A stretch of DNA of 64,000 bases from Octopus sinensis. Lineage: Eukaryota. Numbering within the stretch: position 1 is the stretch's first letter; the number at the start of each line of letters is the position of its first letter. The stretch is from assembly GCF_006345805.1 (NCBI RefSeq), contig NC_043014.1:17856001-17920000 (forward strand), in the 5' to 3' direction. The position numbers were made by a program, and so were the translations under genes. Positions 12,962-26,605 of this stretch are shown here, piece by piece. Below the pieces are notes generated by a model. That model had not been told where the DNA came from and did not search any database. It saw only the letters and a list, made by a program, of their open reading frames with translations.

Positions 12962-14049
12962 AGTATATATTTTGTATTTTTGATTTTGATTTTGACTCTT
13001 GAACGATGAGCGCTACGATGGATTTTGTTTCCAAGCTATGCGGATCTTAATCCGTATAGCAAAGTCTTATGTTTCTACATATATATTAGGAAAAACCTCC
13101 AACTTTGTTTTCATGTTATTGTATTATATAGGATTACCTTGATTATTTATATTACCTTAATTATTTATAAATGACCCAAAATAGGATGTTATATTTTATT
13201 TTATATGTCTTTCGTATATATTTTTATTAATGCACCCATTTGTTTTAAAAAAAGCAATGTTTTTTTTTAAAAAAAGCAATGTTGTCAAAATTAGAATGTT
13301 GATATAAGTATGTGCATAGCAAAGCATATGTATTTGTAAGCATGCGTATCTGTATATGTGTAAGTGAAAGTATGTTTGTGCTTAAGCACACATATACACG
13401 ACTGTATGTATATGTATCCATGCAAACTTATGTATGTATACTTGTCTCCATATATGCCAATAATGCCGTTACACTGCTTGTATACATAATGTTTTCTTAT
13501 TTCGTTTTTTTCCTACACCTCCTTCGTTCCTTTTTCTCTCTCTCCTTTTCTTTCGTTCCCCCCCTTACTCAGTATATGAGAATCGCTACATAGATCTTTT
13601 TTAACTTGCGTGCGAGATGGTTTTGCGTGAATATATGTACACATGCTTTTATGTGTATATTTAGATTTATATTCATACGTCTGTATATGTATGGCGTTTG
13701 CACGCATAATTTTGTGTATGTTGATATATATATGTAGATGATTTTAATATAAATATGTATTGCAGTGTAATATTTATAACAGGTTTAATTTCTATGCATT
13801 AATTTGCACTTTCTTCATTAACGTCAATATGTATTTTATTCAATGTAAGGTTTTTTCCTCGGATTTTATAATTTTTATAAGTTTAAAAAAATTTTTTTTT
13901 TATATATATGTACATATATTTTTGACCTTTGTGTTTATCGCTCGAAGATTGACCGTTTTTTCTAAAGGGCCAATCAAACAAGTCCATTTCTTTTTAAAGG
14001 TGTAGCGTTTGTAAGAGTATAGATTGAATTGATATATCGGTTCCATTCT

Positions 14050-14103
14050 AGCAAAAACTGTCTGATGAACGGCAACGAGAAACTCAGAGTAACAGATTTT
14101 GTT
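14050..14103 (+). ncRNA. Type I hammerhead ribozyme (solo, PLE pseudo-LTR-like context)
   Basis: CTGT(14058-61)-CTGATGA-A-CG-GCAA-CG-A-GAAA-CTC-A-GAG-TA-ACAG(14092-95); stem I extends 7 more pairs beyond one A.A mismatch; (TA)n begins ~25 bp downstream. Confidence 0.8.
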
Positions 14104-14260
14104 GAATTTTTTCTGCTGCTTAAATAAAGTATATAATATATATATATATATAATATATATATATTTATATATGCATGTATATATACATCTATAATATACA
14201 TGTATGTGGTATATAATTTTACTACAGACTATATATATAATTATATATAATATATATATA

Positions 14261-14310
<50 letters not shown>

Positions 14311-14383
14311 ATGTATAATATATATATAACACACATACATGTATATATATAGATGTATATATCATGCATATAAATATAGATGA

Positions 14384-14489
<106 letters not shown>

Positions 14490-14547
14490 GATTGATTGAT
14501 TCTAGTTTCAACTCAGGAGCTATGGCCATGCTGGGGCACCGCCATTT

Positions 14548-14581
<34 letters not shown>

Positions 14582-14659
14582 ATATAGATATATATATATA
14601 TAATATATATATATATATATCTATATATATATATATATACATGCATATTAATATACATA

Positions 14660-15285
14660 CTGAGCGAAGGCTGACATCGAGCTAATCCACAACTTTGTTT
14701 TCGAGTTAATGAGGAGTTTCATATGTACAGAAGGGCAAGCGTTCAAGATATTTGAGCAATGCTTCGGTAATGGCCATTGCCAACAAATACTATTAGAACT
14801 TGTGAAACCTAGCATTTGTAGTAGAATTGAGAACTTTATTTATATATTATTCGTACATAGAGCGGAGGTTTTAGTAATGTGTAATAATCGTATTCTCGTG
14901 CTATTGAAAGATACTTGACCGACATGTCCAGATTTGAGAATGGTATTTTTTATGTGGAAGATGACTGTGTGAACAATGAAAGATAGTACCATCTGTATAG
15001 CTGTGTGCACGGTTATTACTCACAACGAACAGTTCAGCAGGAAGAATGTGGAAGATGTAACCGAACCTTGGAGCGCGCGTAAAGTTGTTGGAATGTTTGT
15101 TGGACAGGAATCCTTTATCGTACGCTCTAATGTTCGGTGTGACAATAAACTATGAATGCAAGAAATTGGATCGAAGGAGCCTAAAAACAAACAAGAGAAG
15201 CAACATTGCTTTGATCGATGCCCCAAAGGACGATAGATCAAGTCTGTGCTGTTCAACTCCGAGTGTCTCCTTATCAAACTGAAAT
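14660..15285 (-). pseudogene. CR1/L2/Jockey-group LINE RT fragment
   Basis: SFDPISCIHSLLSHRT...ALQGSVTSSTFFLL, then after a frameshift SNNRAHSYTDGTIFH, matching PQGSVLSP.LF and YADD RT motifs. Confidence 0.7.
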
Positions 15286-15312
15286 GATCGCTTGACTTGT
15301 GGTATATTCTTT

Positions 15313-15659
15313 TTATTCTTTTACTCTTTTACTTGTCTCAGTCATTTGACTGTGGCCATGCTGCAGCAACGCCTTTAGTCGAGCACATCGACCGCAGGAC
15401 TTATTCTTTGTAAGGCTAGTACATACTCTAACGGTCTCTTTTGCCGAACCGCTAAGTTACGGGGACATAAACACACCAGCATCGGTAGTCAAGCGATGTT
15501 GGGAGGGGGGAAAGACAGACGCACAAACATATACACACATACATACATACATACATAACATACAACATACATACATACATAAATACATACATAACACACA
15601 CACACACATATATATATATATATCTATATATATATTATATATATATATATATATCTATA

Positions 15660-15693
<34 letters not shown>

Positions 15694-15860
15694 CGCATAT
15701 ATCTGACGAGCTTCTTTCAGTTTCCGTCTACCAAATCTACTCACAAGGCTTTGGGTTGCCCGAGGCTATAGTAGAAGACACTTGCACAAGGTGCCACGCA
15801 ATGGGACTGAACTCGGAACCATGTAGTTCGTAAGCAAGCTACTTATTACACTGCCACTCT
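15313..15860 (-). mobile_element. SINE family A with expanded internal microsatellite
   Basis: Collinear with other family A copies. Confidence 0.85.
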
Positions 15861-16362
15861 TACTCTTATATATCGTAGGTATATCGAATTTTATTTTTAT
15901 TTTATCATAATTTTTGACATAGCATGTCAATAATCACCTTTTCCAGTATGTTTTACATCCTAAAGACTGTTGAATCGATGAAGATATAGCTGCTATTACT
16001 AATTGGTCAAGTGACCATGTTGCACTCCTTTTTTTTTTGCTGTAGTAGTGTTTTAAAGACTGAGGGGTTTATTCAACGTAAAAATAGGTGTGACACCTAT
16101 TCAGTTGCTCAGACAATACTCAAACGTATATATTCATACGACAAAATTCGGCAAAACTCGTTCACCTTCGTCAACGTCTTTCTTTAGCATCACAACACTG
16201 CATACAACTCCAAAAAAGAAAATGTGCTACAATCGAGCATGGTTTTTATTTGATCTGAGAATAATTAATTTAGACCATAGTTGGGTCGGTTCATTTCTAG
16301 AATCATTTACAAATTCTATGATTCGATCTACATGCCATGATTTTCACAACAGCAGCAGCAGC

Positions 16363-16401
<39 letters not shown>

Positions 16402-17464
16402 CGAAGATATTGCAGGCGTGTGGTGTCAATCAAGTAGCCAATCAACTAACGAACGACTCACCCACCCTACACCCACCCACCACACACCCGTCCAACCTAA
16501 ACGGGTTGTCTAAAAAGAAAAACAAATGTGAAGCTGGACTCTTAATCTAGGAAAAAATAAATATATAAATAAATAAAACAAACTAAAACAAAATAAAAAA
16601 ACCACGTACACACCCCATTTGGTGTAGTTTTAAAAATTTGAAACGATGTTTACGTGACTCTCTCTCTCTCTCTCTCTCTCTCCCCCCCTCTAAGTTGTTT
16701 GTATAAACCAAATCGCAAAACGATATTTACCTTTTTTATACGGTTGCTTTATTATTTTTTTTATTCCTTTTGGCACTAGCTTCTGACCTTTTTTTTTACA
16801 TGACTATATCATCAACCTTATCCTCTATCCCTGTACCCCTACCCTGCCTCCCTGTCATCTTACCCTTGAACTAACTGACCTTCAGTTTGATGGAAATGTG
16901 TTTTTGCTTCTCACTTCAAGACAGACAAACAGACTGACAGACAGGTCACATCTGTACACTATTCAATCTTGATCGAGAAAAAAAAATCCGTTTTATTTCT
17001 AATTTTTGTTTTTGTTTTGCTTTCGATGGGGATGGATGGGTGGGTCCTAAATTTCCTAAACTGATGTGAGGTGGGCTAGGATGGTGGTGGGGGTCTACAA
17101 TGCTATGTGGAGGGATATCCTGACACCAGAGTACCTGTCTGTCGGAGCGTCTGTCCGATGTCTGTTTCCCCACTATGTGTGTCTCTCTTTCTGACAGAAG
17201 ACAAACATTCCATCACTTTTGTGGTAAAGGTGTTTCTGTCGATGTGCTGGTATAAGGCTACATGTTCGTCTGCATTTCATGTTTCTAACACACACACACA
17301 CACCACACACACACACACACACTCACGCACACACACACACACATTCTTTTATTCGTTTATTTGTTTCAGTCATTTGACTGCGGCCATGCTGGAGATGCTG
17401 AAGCACGGCTGCAGTGAAATTTGGTAGACGGAAACTGTAGAAGCTCGTGGTATATACATATAAT

Positions 17465-17545
<81 letters not shown>

Positions 17546-17557
17546 CGATATATAACG

Positions 17558-18345
17558 ATTGGGACCTGTGTCTGAACGTGTCAAAGTGCTTGTCATCTGC
17601 CTGTCGGCTCTACTCCTGCAACTCAACTGATTTCGAGCCGGGTCGTCTGCTGCTGGAGAGGACCGATCAGGTAAAGGACCTAGGTATCTTGGTGGATTCC
17701 TCCTTTTCGCCTTCGGCCAGTGCGTCCATGCTGCCAACAAAGCACGCGGAATTCTGTTCTTGATTCGACGGTCATTCGGAATGCTCACAGCAGCCATATT
17801 CCTACCACTCTATGTCACGCTGGTGAGACCCATATTGGAGTATGGGATTCAAGCCTCTTCTCCTTATCTCCTCCAAGACATACAGCATCTCGAAAGAGTC
17901 CAGAAGCTGGCTACCCGCATGGTCCATGGTCTCAAAAATTTGTCCTACGAAGAAAGGCTGAGGACGCTCGACCTTTATTCTCTTGAAAACGCCGCCGCCG
18001 AGTGATCTATTCTCGCCCACAACATCATAAGCGGAAAGTGTAACCTCTCGAAAGAGCTGTTCTTCACTCCTGCTCCAGAGCGTCGGCTGCGAGGTCATTC
18101 CGAAAAGCTCTACCTGCGACGATTTCATCTCAATCGAAGGAGAGGAGCTTCTCCGTCCGGGTTTGCGGATCCGTGGAACAAGCTGCCAGACGAGATGGTG
18201 AAGATGCCGACGACCGCTTTGTTCAAAGCCTCCCTGGACCTCAAGTGGCCTGAACTCTTTACATGAACACCACCCTGTACTTAACTCCATGTCCCCCCTA
18301 CATGGCCTTGCTATTTGCTTTTGAGCCAATTAACTAACTAACTAA
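17558..18345 (+). mobile_element. CR1-like LINE 3' fragment with (TAAC)n tail
   Basis: KDLGILVDS, LYVTLVRPILEYG, LERVQKLATRMVHGLKNLSYEERLRTLDLYSLE, WNKLPDEMV; 3' UTR ends in ctaactaactaac. Confidence 0.92.
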
Positions 18346-18346
18346 C

Positions 18347-18378
<32 letters not shown>

Positions 18379-18429
18379 ATATATATATATAATGTATGTG
18401 TGTGTATGTATGTATTTTTTTATGCGCCA

Positions 18430-18670
18430 TTTTCAAGCCTAGCCAGGTCCATGGGCCCGGTTTCCTGGTTTCTGTGGCGTATGTGTTCCCCAGCTGGACG
18501 GGTAGCCAGTCCATCACAGCGTTACTCATTTTTGCCAGCTGAGTGGACTGGAGCAACGTGAAATGAAGTGTTTTGCTCAAGAACACAAAGCGTCGCCCGG
18601 TCCAGGAATCGAAACCACGATCTTAAGATCATGATGCTGACACCCTAGCTACTAAGCCACGCACCTCCAC
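18430..18670 (-). mobile_element. SINE family D (full length)
   Basis: Near-collinear with 4418-4640 and includes the head ggaggtgcgtggcttagtag. Confidence 0.8.
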
Positions 18671-18727
18671 GCACGCACACACATACATATATATACACAT
18701 ATATATACATGTGTGTGTTTTAATTTT

Positions 18728-19322
<595 letters not shown>

Positions 19323-19324
19323 AC

Positions 19325-19480
19325 AGACGGGCTTCTTTCAGTTTCCGTCTACTAAATCCATTCACAAGGCTTTCGTCGGCCCGAGTAGAAGACTCTTGCC
19401 TAATTTGCCACGCAGTGGGACTGAACCCGGAACTATGTGTTTGGTAAGCAAGTTACTTACCACAAAGCCACTCCTGCGCC
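19325..19480 (-). mobile_element. SINE family A, 5' half
   Basis: gacgggcttctttcagtttccgtc...ccacaaagccactcctgcgcc. Confidence 0.8.
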
Positions 19481-19589
19481 TATATATATATCCACGTATC
19501 TGTGTTTATATGTAGGTAATTATGTATGTATAGGCACAGGCATAGCAGTGTGAATAAGAAGCTGGCCAATGTCTCTTGTACTATATCCC

Positions 19590-19740
19590 GAGTGGACCAA
19601 TACCATGTGTATTTAATCGATCCCGAAAGGATGAAAGGCAAAGTCAACCTCAGCGGAATTTGAACTCAGAACGTAACGGCAGACGAAATACGGCTACGCA
19701 TTTCGTCCGGCGTGCTAACGTTTCTGCCAGCTCTCCGCCT
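19590..19740 (-). mobile_element. SINE family C
   Basis: cgaaaggatgaaaggcaaagtcaacctcagcggaatttgaactcagaac; at least 12 paralogs in the window. Confidence 0.8.
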
Positions 19741-20615
19741 TTCAGCCTTCTGTCAAGCCAACGTAGAGTTTCAGGCCGGTGTCGTAATTTGATCTGTGGA
19801 TTTGATTTTTGTCTTATAAGTGATAGCCTTTATGCTACAAAATCCATTCAGCTGCTGTGTCACAGTGCTTTTTCATGAGCATCTACTTTCAGTAGGTGAC
19901 TATTTATGCGTTATGAACCGTTCCATATCAGTTAACTTAACTGTGTATCAATTTGATAATTTACTGTGTTTACAGATGGTTAGGAAGTGCCTGTCTACCA
20001 ATACAAACCACTTGACATTCAACGAGAAAGGAGAGGCAAACGAAATAATGGTTCAGTGTAATTTTCCTCTGATCGGTCCTGGGCTGGTTTCGTGAATTAT
20101 TTTATTTTTGAACCTGAGAGCCTCAAAGCATGGTTCAGTAAGGAGCTTCTTACTGGTTGATAAATTAAAACTTCTTGTACATACTACAAACGCACATACA
20201 TACATATATATACCACACATGCATATATATACACACAAGCATATTCACACGCGTATATGCATGTATCGGTGTAAAATACCTACATTCTGCATTTCGGCTT
20301 TAAAATTTCTTCTTTCCGTAGCTTTTGTGGCAAGTAGCGGTATTATTATTATTATCATCATTGTTTTCATCACCAGCAATATTATTATTATTACTATTAT
20401 TAGTATCATCGTCGTCGTTATTGTTGTTGTTGTTGTTATTATCATTATTATTACGTTATATCGACGTCTCCAGTTGTAAGAGCCTCATCCTTGTTGATAA
20501 TGTCAATGGAACGGATTTCCTGTAAAGTCGACTCAAATATCTCAAATAAAGTTACTATATATGATATAAATAACCCCACACCAGTAGAGCCGCTCTGTTT
20601 TGCTGAGTAAAAAAA

Positions 20616-20668
<53 letters not shown>

Positions 20669-20699
20669 TAGGAAATAATAATAATGATAATTGATTCAG

Positions 20700-20890
20700 A
20701 TTTTGGCACAAAGGCAGCAATTTTGAGGGGATAGGAAAGTTAATTACGTCATCAACTTCTGGTACTTATTTTATCGACCCCGAAATGATGAAAGGCAAAG
20801 TCGACCTCGGTGGAATTTAAACTCAGAACATGAAGATTGACGAAATGCCGCTAAGCACTTTGTCCGGCGTGCTAACGATTCTACCAGCTG
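20700..20890 (-). mobile_element. SINE family C
   Basis: ggtacttattttatcgaccccgaaatgatgaaaggcaaagtcgacctcgg. Confidence 0.8.
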
Positions 20891-20905
20891 GGACAACAAC
20901 AAAGT

Positions 20906-21450
20906 GGAGGCGCAATGGCCCAGTGTTTAGGGCAGTGGACTCGCGCTCGTAACAACGCGATTTCGATTTCCAGACCAGACATTGTGAGTGTTTATTGAGC
21001 AAAAACAATTAAGCTCCACGAATCTCCGGCGGGGCGGGTAGTGAACACCGCTGTACTCTTTCACCACAACTTTCTCTCACTCTTTCTTCCTACTTCTGTC
21101 ACAAAGCAGAGGAACCATGTTGTAACCCACTATGGTGTGGTAAAACTTTCAGACCCTAGTCTAGATTGTGAATCCTCTGTACCCCATAATGGTTCAGCTC
21201 TCCACCCGTTAAAATCCACCGTTTACGGAATGAGGATAGCAACGTAGCTTTCGCACCCGTGCAACCGCCAGTCTATCGCGTGTGGTGGGTGGATCTTCAA
21301 GTTGCCACACGCATTCTTAGTAGCTTAGAGTAGGCTCGAATTAGAGATTATTCTTTGTGGCTAATGGTGTGAGTCCTGATTTGAAGAAGAAGAAGAAGAA
21401 GAAGAAGAAGAAGAAGAAGAAGAAGAAGAAGAAGATGAAGAAGAAGATAA
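20906..21450 (+). mobile_element. SINE family B2 (B head with alternative tail ending in (GAA)n)
   Basis: Head matches 60010; tail differs after ctctttcttcct and matches 44754-45225 in reverse complement; (GAA)n from 21383. Confidence 0.85.
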
Positions 21451-22294
21451 AGCAACAAAATTGGGGAACATGATGATTGTGATGATGATGATGATGATTA
21501 TGATGATGAATATTACTCGTACTTAAACACATACTCTATATTACCTATACCAAAGAAAATGTGACACCACAGTAATGCCTAATACACGAATAGTTTAGGA
21601 TTGAATACAAAGATTCTAAACAAAAGCACCAGCCTGCAATATTTTCACCCTTTCTATCACCAAAATGTGATCTCCCTTAGAAAGAAATCTTCACTGCATG
21701 AAATATATGACTCTCACAACAGTTCTAAAGCTAGCTCGGCCTGAAAGCTAGATTCCTCGATATCTCCTTTAGGAGAGCAGTTATTCTGAATAAAATTCTG
21801 AACAGAAGAGTCGGATTCTGAAAAAAGCAGTAAAGGTAACTTGCTTAGGAGAGTAGCAACTCTGAATATAAACTGATCCAGAGCAGAGAGCACACTATAC
21901 TCCTATCAGGGGGTATTTATGGTGCAAGTGGAGGGATAAAATTAATACACACACTCCGTGCTGTAAAATAATTGACAATAGGAAGCGCATCCAACCATAA
22001 GAAAAATCAGGCGAAAAAGCGTGACAGGAAAATCAGTGAAAACTAATTATGGATACAGGGTTAGCGCTTACCATGGCAGTACTGCATACTACATGGGGTT
22101 GTGAAATGGTAACATGTGGACATAGATGAGAATTCTTCGACTATAAATCAAACGAATGTACCAACTTCTTATTAGCAGTACAAAACGAACATTAACAAAT
22201 CAAAATATCATTAGAAACTTTGCTGTTTCTCTCTCAATTGCATACGTTCAAGGCTGCCCTACAAATATAGATATGACGAAAAATAGGTCTACAG

Positions 22295-23335
22295 CATTGG
22301 TTCTCAACCATTTTTTTATCGATGGACCCCTTTGATTATTGTTTTATTCTGACAGATCCCCGTAGCCATTCGATGTTTTAAAACTAGTTTTATAGAAACT
22401 TCTTTCAAAATTCCTATTTTGTTTTCATGCTTTAACTTGTGTAGGTTGAACTATGTGAAACATTAGAGAAAGAAGCTGAGTTGTTTTTGTAATAAATGCA
22501 TCTAAAGCAAAATTTTTTCATAGACCCTAAATATACTACAGTACAGTGGCGACTCGGGTATAGACACTGAAGCACCCCCTATTTTCCACTGATATTATCA
22601 GTAACATTCAATATAATGAGTCCTCTTTTTTTAATTCTTTCTTTATGCTTATGCATTATATAATCCACAATCTTAAGGTCAGTAGCCATCTGCTAGTTTA
22701 TGGAAAAAATACAAAAATACTTGTATAGAACTGTGTGTGTGCTTCGCAGTTCCAGCGACGCGGTGTTTGGCTGTTGTGCATATGCTCACATGTCCGAGAT
22801 AGGAAGCTGCACAGTAGGGAGAGAGAGCACTGTTGTTCACGCAGTGCCGACCCTGGGGTGCTGGTGAAAATGTAGTGTTTCTTTTTGACTCCGCGTGTGT
22901 TGTGCTTAAAAACGTGTTTATATTTTTGAATGAGATAAAATGTAGAATTAAATTATTATCCTGCTTCCAGCAACAGTATTGCTGCCAGGATTTGAAAAAT
23001 AGGGCAGATTTTCCTCCCTTATTTTGGGATTTAGCGGGGATGTTTGCAAAACAAGAGGCAATTTGTTCAGTGAACAAATTAAACACACTACCCAGTCATG
23101 GCTAAAATGCGAACCGATAAAGTTTATGCACAAATATTCTTTTTATATGTTTGTTTCCTTTTACACAATATTAAAACAACGGCTAAAACTTTCCTGAAGC
23201 AGCACCCCAACTAATTTTATCTACGAGCCACCACTGTTACTGTAAATTCTCAATGTACGATTTTGCTTGTGCAGACCCGCCCGAAACCTTATATGGATCC
23301 CCACGGATCATATGGACACTAGTTGAGGATCACTG
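22295..23335 (+). mobile_element. hAT/Charlie-like MITE interrupted by a second element
   Basis: Ends cattggttctcaacc and agttgaggatcactg, flanks gtctacag / gtctagac; uninterrupted inverted paralog at 51187-51509. Confidence 0.7.
22544..23236. mobile_element. Nested 693-bp hAT-like non-autonomous element
   Basis: Imperfect TIRs cagtggcgactcg / cgagccaccactg; 8-bp flanks ctacagta / ttactgta (6 of 8 match). Confidence 0.65.
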
Positions 23336-24620
23336 GTCTAGACAGATTGTAGATGCCAATTTTGAGGTATATAGATGAGTGCGTTTTACTAGAAATAAGG
23401 TTGGCTGGCTTAATGTCAAGAAACACATGTACAATTTCTTTTTTGGAACAATTTGTACTGGCATTGAAACTGGAGGAATATGCATAAAAATAATGAAAAA
23501 AAAACGCCCTTTCTTTACCAATCTGAAACGAGTTAATCTTTTTATTAATGCGCATCACCATAGCACTACAGTAAGTAAGGAAGTCTTCGAGCGGGGATTC
23601 TCAAAACATACTAAGATTACTCCTAGGAACGGGCAAAATAAATTTGTGAAATATAGTTTTGAAGTAATCACAGCCAACTACTTTTTAATGGTGCACTTTT
23701 AGATTTATTAAAAAATATTTATAAAAAATTCGTCGAATGTACTTGAAAAATCTTGAGTTGCCAATATAATTTATAGCAGAATGTATATTATTGCATCGTA
23801 TCGATAAAACAGTATCCCATTTTGTCTGCTTCAGGTAACCGACTACTTCACAATATATATTCTTCAGAAAAGGTGTCCTAACACTCCTGGATGTATGGAA
23901 CGGGTACGCTTGAAGGAAATGCACTGGACTGGGGAAAATGGTTCGCACACCATAATCTACCCACCTATCGTACTCATTATGACTACCAGTTGTTTATGAG
24001 CATAGGAAACTATTTAGACTAGAGAAGTGGGGTGGAGAGGCTAACAAGAGTCAATCTCTTATTTCAGATCAAAACCAGGGTAATTTTATAAACGTGGGGG
24101 CATCGAAATAATACATACATGCATACAAGCATATATACATACGTTTATACATACTTATATCAATATGTATACAGACAGAAATGCATACACAAAGTAATAT
24201 ACACGGACATACGTTACATGCGTGCATAAAGTGAACAAAACAAACAAACAACAGCAACAACAACCAGCTGATTTCTGCACTAAATGAACCTTGGATTTAC
24301 TCTATAATACATATATCGTTAGTATAAGGGTGGGAAGGCTGTGTATCATGTGATATTTTCACAGCTGGTTGTTGACGTGTGGAAAGACAGACAGACACAA
24401 TTACACGTTAAAACAAAATCACCAATACATTTCTCTCTTTCCTACACATCCCCACACCTATATACATAACAAACTCACACACATATACACAAGCACAAAC
24501 ACACACACACATATGTATACATACATGCAGAAATGTATGCATATGAATATATATATCTGTATATATATATATATACATATATATATGTGTGTATATATAT
24601 ATATACATATATATATGTGT

Positions 24621-24653
<33 letters not shown>

Positions 24654-24712
24654 GTATGTATATATATATACATATACACACATAATATATATATGCATAT
24701 ACATATATATAT

Positions 24713-24744
<32 letters not shown>

Positions 24745-24749
24745 GATAT

Positions 24750-24818
<69 letters not shown>

Positions 24819-25143
24819 TATAGATATGCGTGTGTGTAAATATACTCAAGAATAGTACAAAAAGAAGAGTAAAAACTCAGTATGGCCAGTATGTTTGTTT
24901 ACTATTAGGTCAAATACTACAAACGCAAAACGTAGAGCAGTCACGAGCCACCTGCGGGGCCCGCCAGATCATGATCCATGTCTCATGCGGCCCACTACTC
25001 GTAAAAAGTTGCCCATTCCTGGCCTAGAGTTTCGTGCATGGTATTTACCAAACAGTTTGTGCACGAAACATTTGGACTTTAAGGGTGTAGCTTGAGAGTT
25101 AATAACGGAATTTATATACATACATACGTACATACATACATAC

Positions 25144-25182
<39 letters not shown>

Positions 25183-25205
25183 ATATATATATATATATAT
25201 ATATA

Positions 25206-25238
<33 letters not shown>

Positions 25239-25261
25239 TATATTTATGTGTGTGCGTGTGT

Positions 25262-25303
<42 letters not shown>

Positions 25304-25351
25304 TACCTATATTTATATGTATATTATACTTATGCATACATAAATATTTGT

Positions 25352-25390
<39 letters not shown>

Positions 25391-26084
25391 ATACACATAT
25401 CACGCACACACCCACACACACACACATATATGTATATATGTACGTGTGTATATACGTACATATATATATGTATGTATATATGCATATATATTCATATACA
25501 TATGTACATTTATATATGCGTATATATGTATATGTATATATCATAGTATAGTTCAAGTGGATTGACACGTGTAAAATATATCAAGATATTACACATGCAT
25601 TTAAATAAACAGATAGGTGTACTTTATATTCTTAATATATTTTCTCACTGCATAGATCCATTTTTTCTAGTAGATGTGTACATATCATTTCATTTTTTAC
25701 TTTAAAAATAAATATGTTATTTTAATATATTTGAATGTATATGCCCCAATATGTTTTTCTACAGTCTGTACTTTAATTTAAGTTATGTGGCAGTTAACCA
25801 CATTCATTTTGTGCTGAAGGATTTGACTTGAAAACGCATTCCTGATGCATCCTCGACAAATAACTACCTATAAGTATACATACATATACACATGTATATA
25901 TAGAAACATATACACATGCATATGTACGAACACACATATGCACACAGTGTGTGTGAGGGTTTTTCGAGAGTAAATTATTTGTATTGTACTTTATTAAATA
26001 AAAGTATAAACGATTTTTATTTCTTTCAGATTTCCCGTGACGGCAGATAAAATCCTAATACAAGAAATTTTCTAAATGTTGCAG

Positions 26085-26126
26085 GATCTTTCGAGCACCA
26101 AGTTCGGATGGAATTGGAAGCATCTG
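26085..26126 (+). CDS. Candidate short internal exon of an unidentified host gene
   Basis: Acceptor ttttctaaatgttgcag, open frame GSFEHQVRMELEAS, donor G|gtgaga; 42 nt, frame-preserving. A second acceptor (tttatttctttcag) lies at 26029. No homology recognised. Confidence 0.3.
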
Positions 26127-26164
26127 GTGAGAATGTTTCAAAGGAAGGAAAAGAAAAAAACAAA

Positions 26165-26360
26165 ACAGTAACAGGAAGAATGAGTGAGAAAAAGTTGTGA
26201 TGAAAGAGTACGGCAGGGTTCGCCACCCATTCCTGTCGGAGGATCGTGGAGCTTTCGGTATTTTTGTTCAATAAACACTCACAACGCCCGGTCTGGGAAT
26301 AGAAACCACAATCCCACGACCGCGAGTCCCTTGCCCTAACCACTGGGCCTTTGCGCCTCC
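26165..26360 (-). mobile_element. SINE family B, 5' part
   Basis: Head and body match 60010-60200. Confidence 0.8.
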
Positions 26361-26377
26361 ACATATTTAATGTACAC

Positions 26378-26534
26378 AGGTGTGACTGTGTGGTAAGTAG
26401 CTTGCTTACCAACCACATGGTTCCGGGTTCAGTCGCCACTGCGTGGAACCTTGGGGAATTGTCTTCTACTATACCTTCGGGCCGATTAACGCCTTCTGAG
26501 TAGATTCGGTAGACGGAAACTGAAGAAAACCGTC

Positions 26535-26605
<71 letters not shown>

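Noticed and set aside
12995-13075. Possible hammerhead directly after the PLE stop codon (gatgagcgc and hairpin gctatgcggat/atccgtatagc)
   Set aside because: The hairpin is real, but CUGA and GAAA core elements are missing.
21806-21835. 30-nt micro-exon candidate (ESDSEKSSK, donor gtaact)
   Set aside because: The acceptor lacks a polypyrimidine tract; chance matches of this kind are common.
23330-23960. Coding-like stretch with several 60-110 aa ORFs on both strands
   Set aside because: No recognisable motif in any frame and no consistent splice signals.
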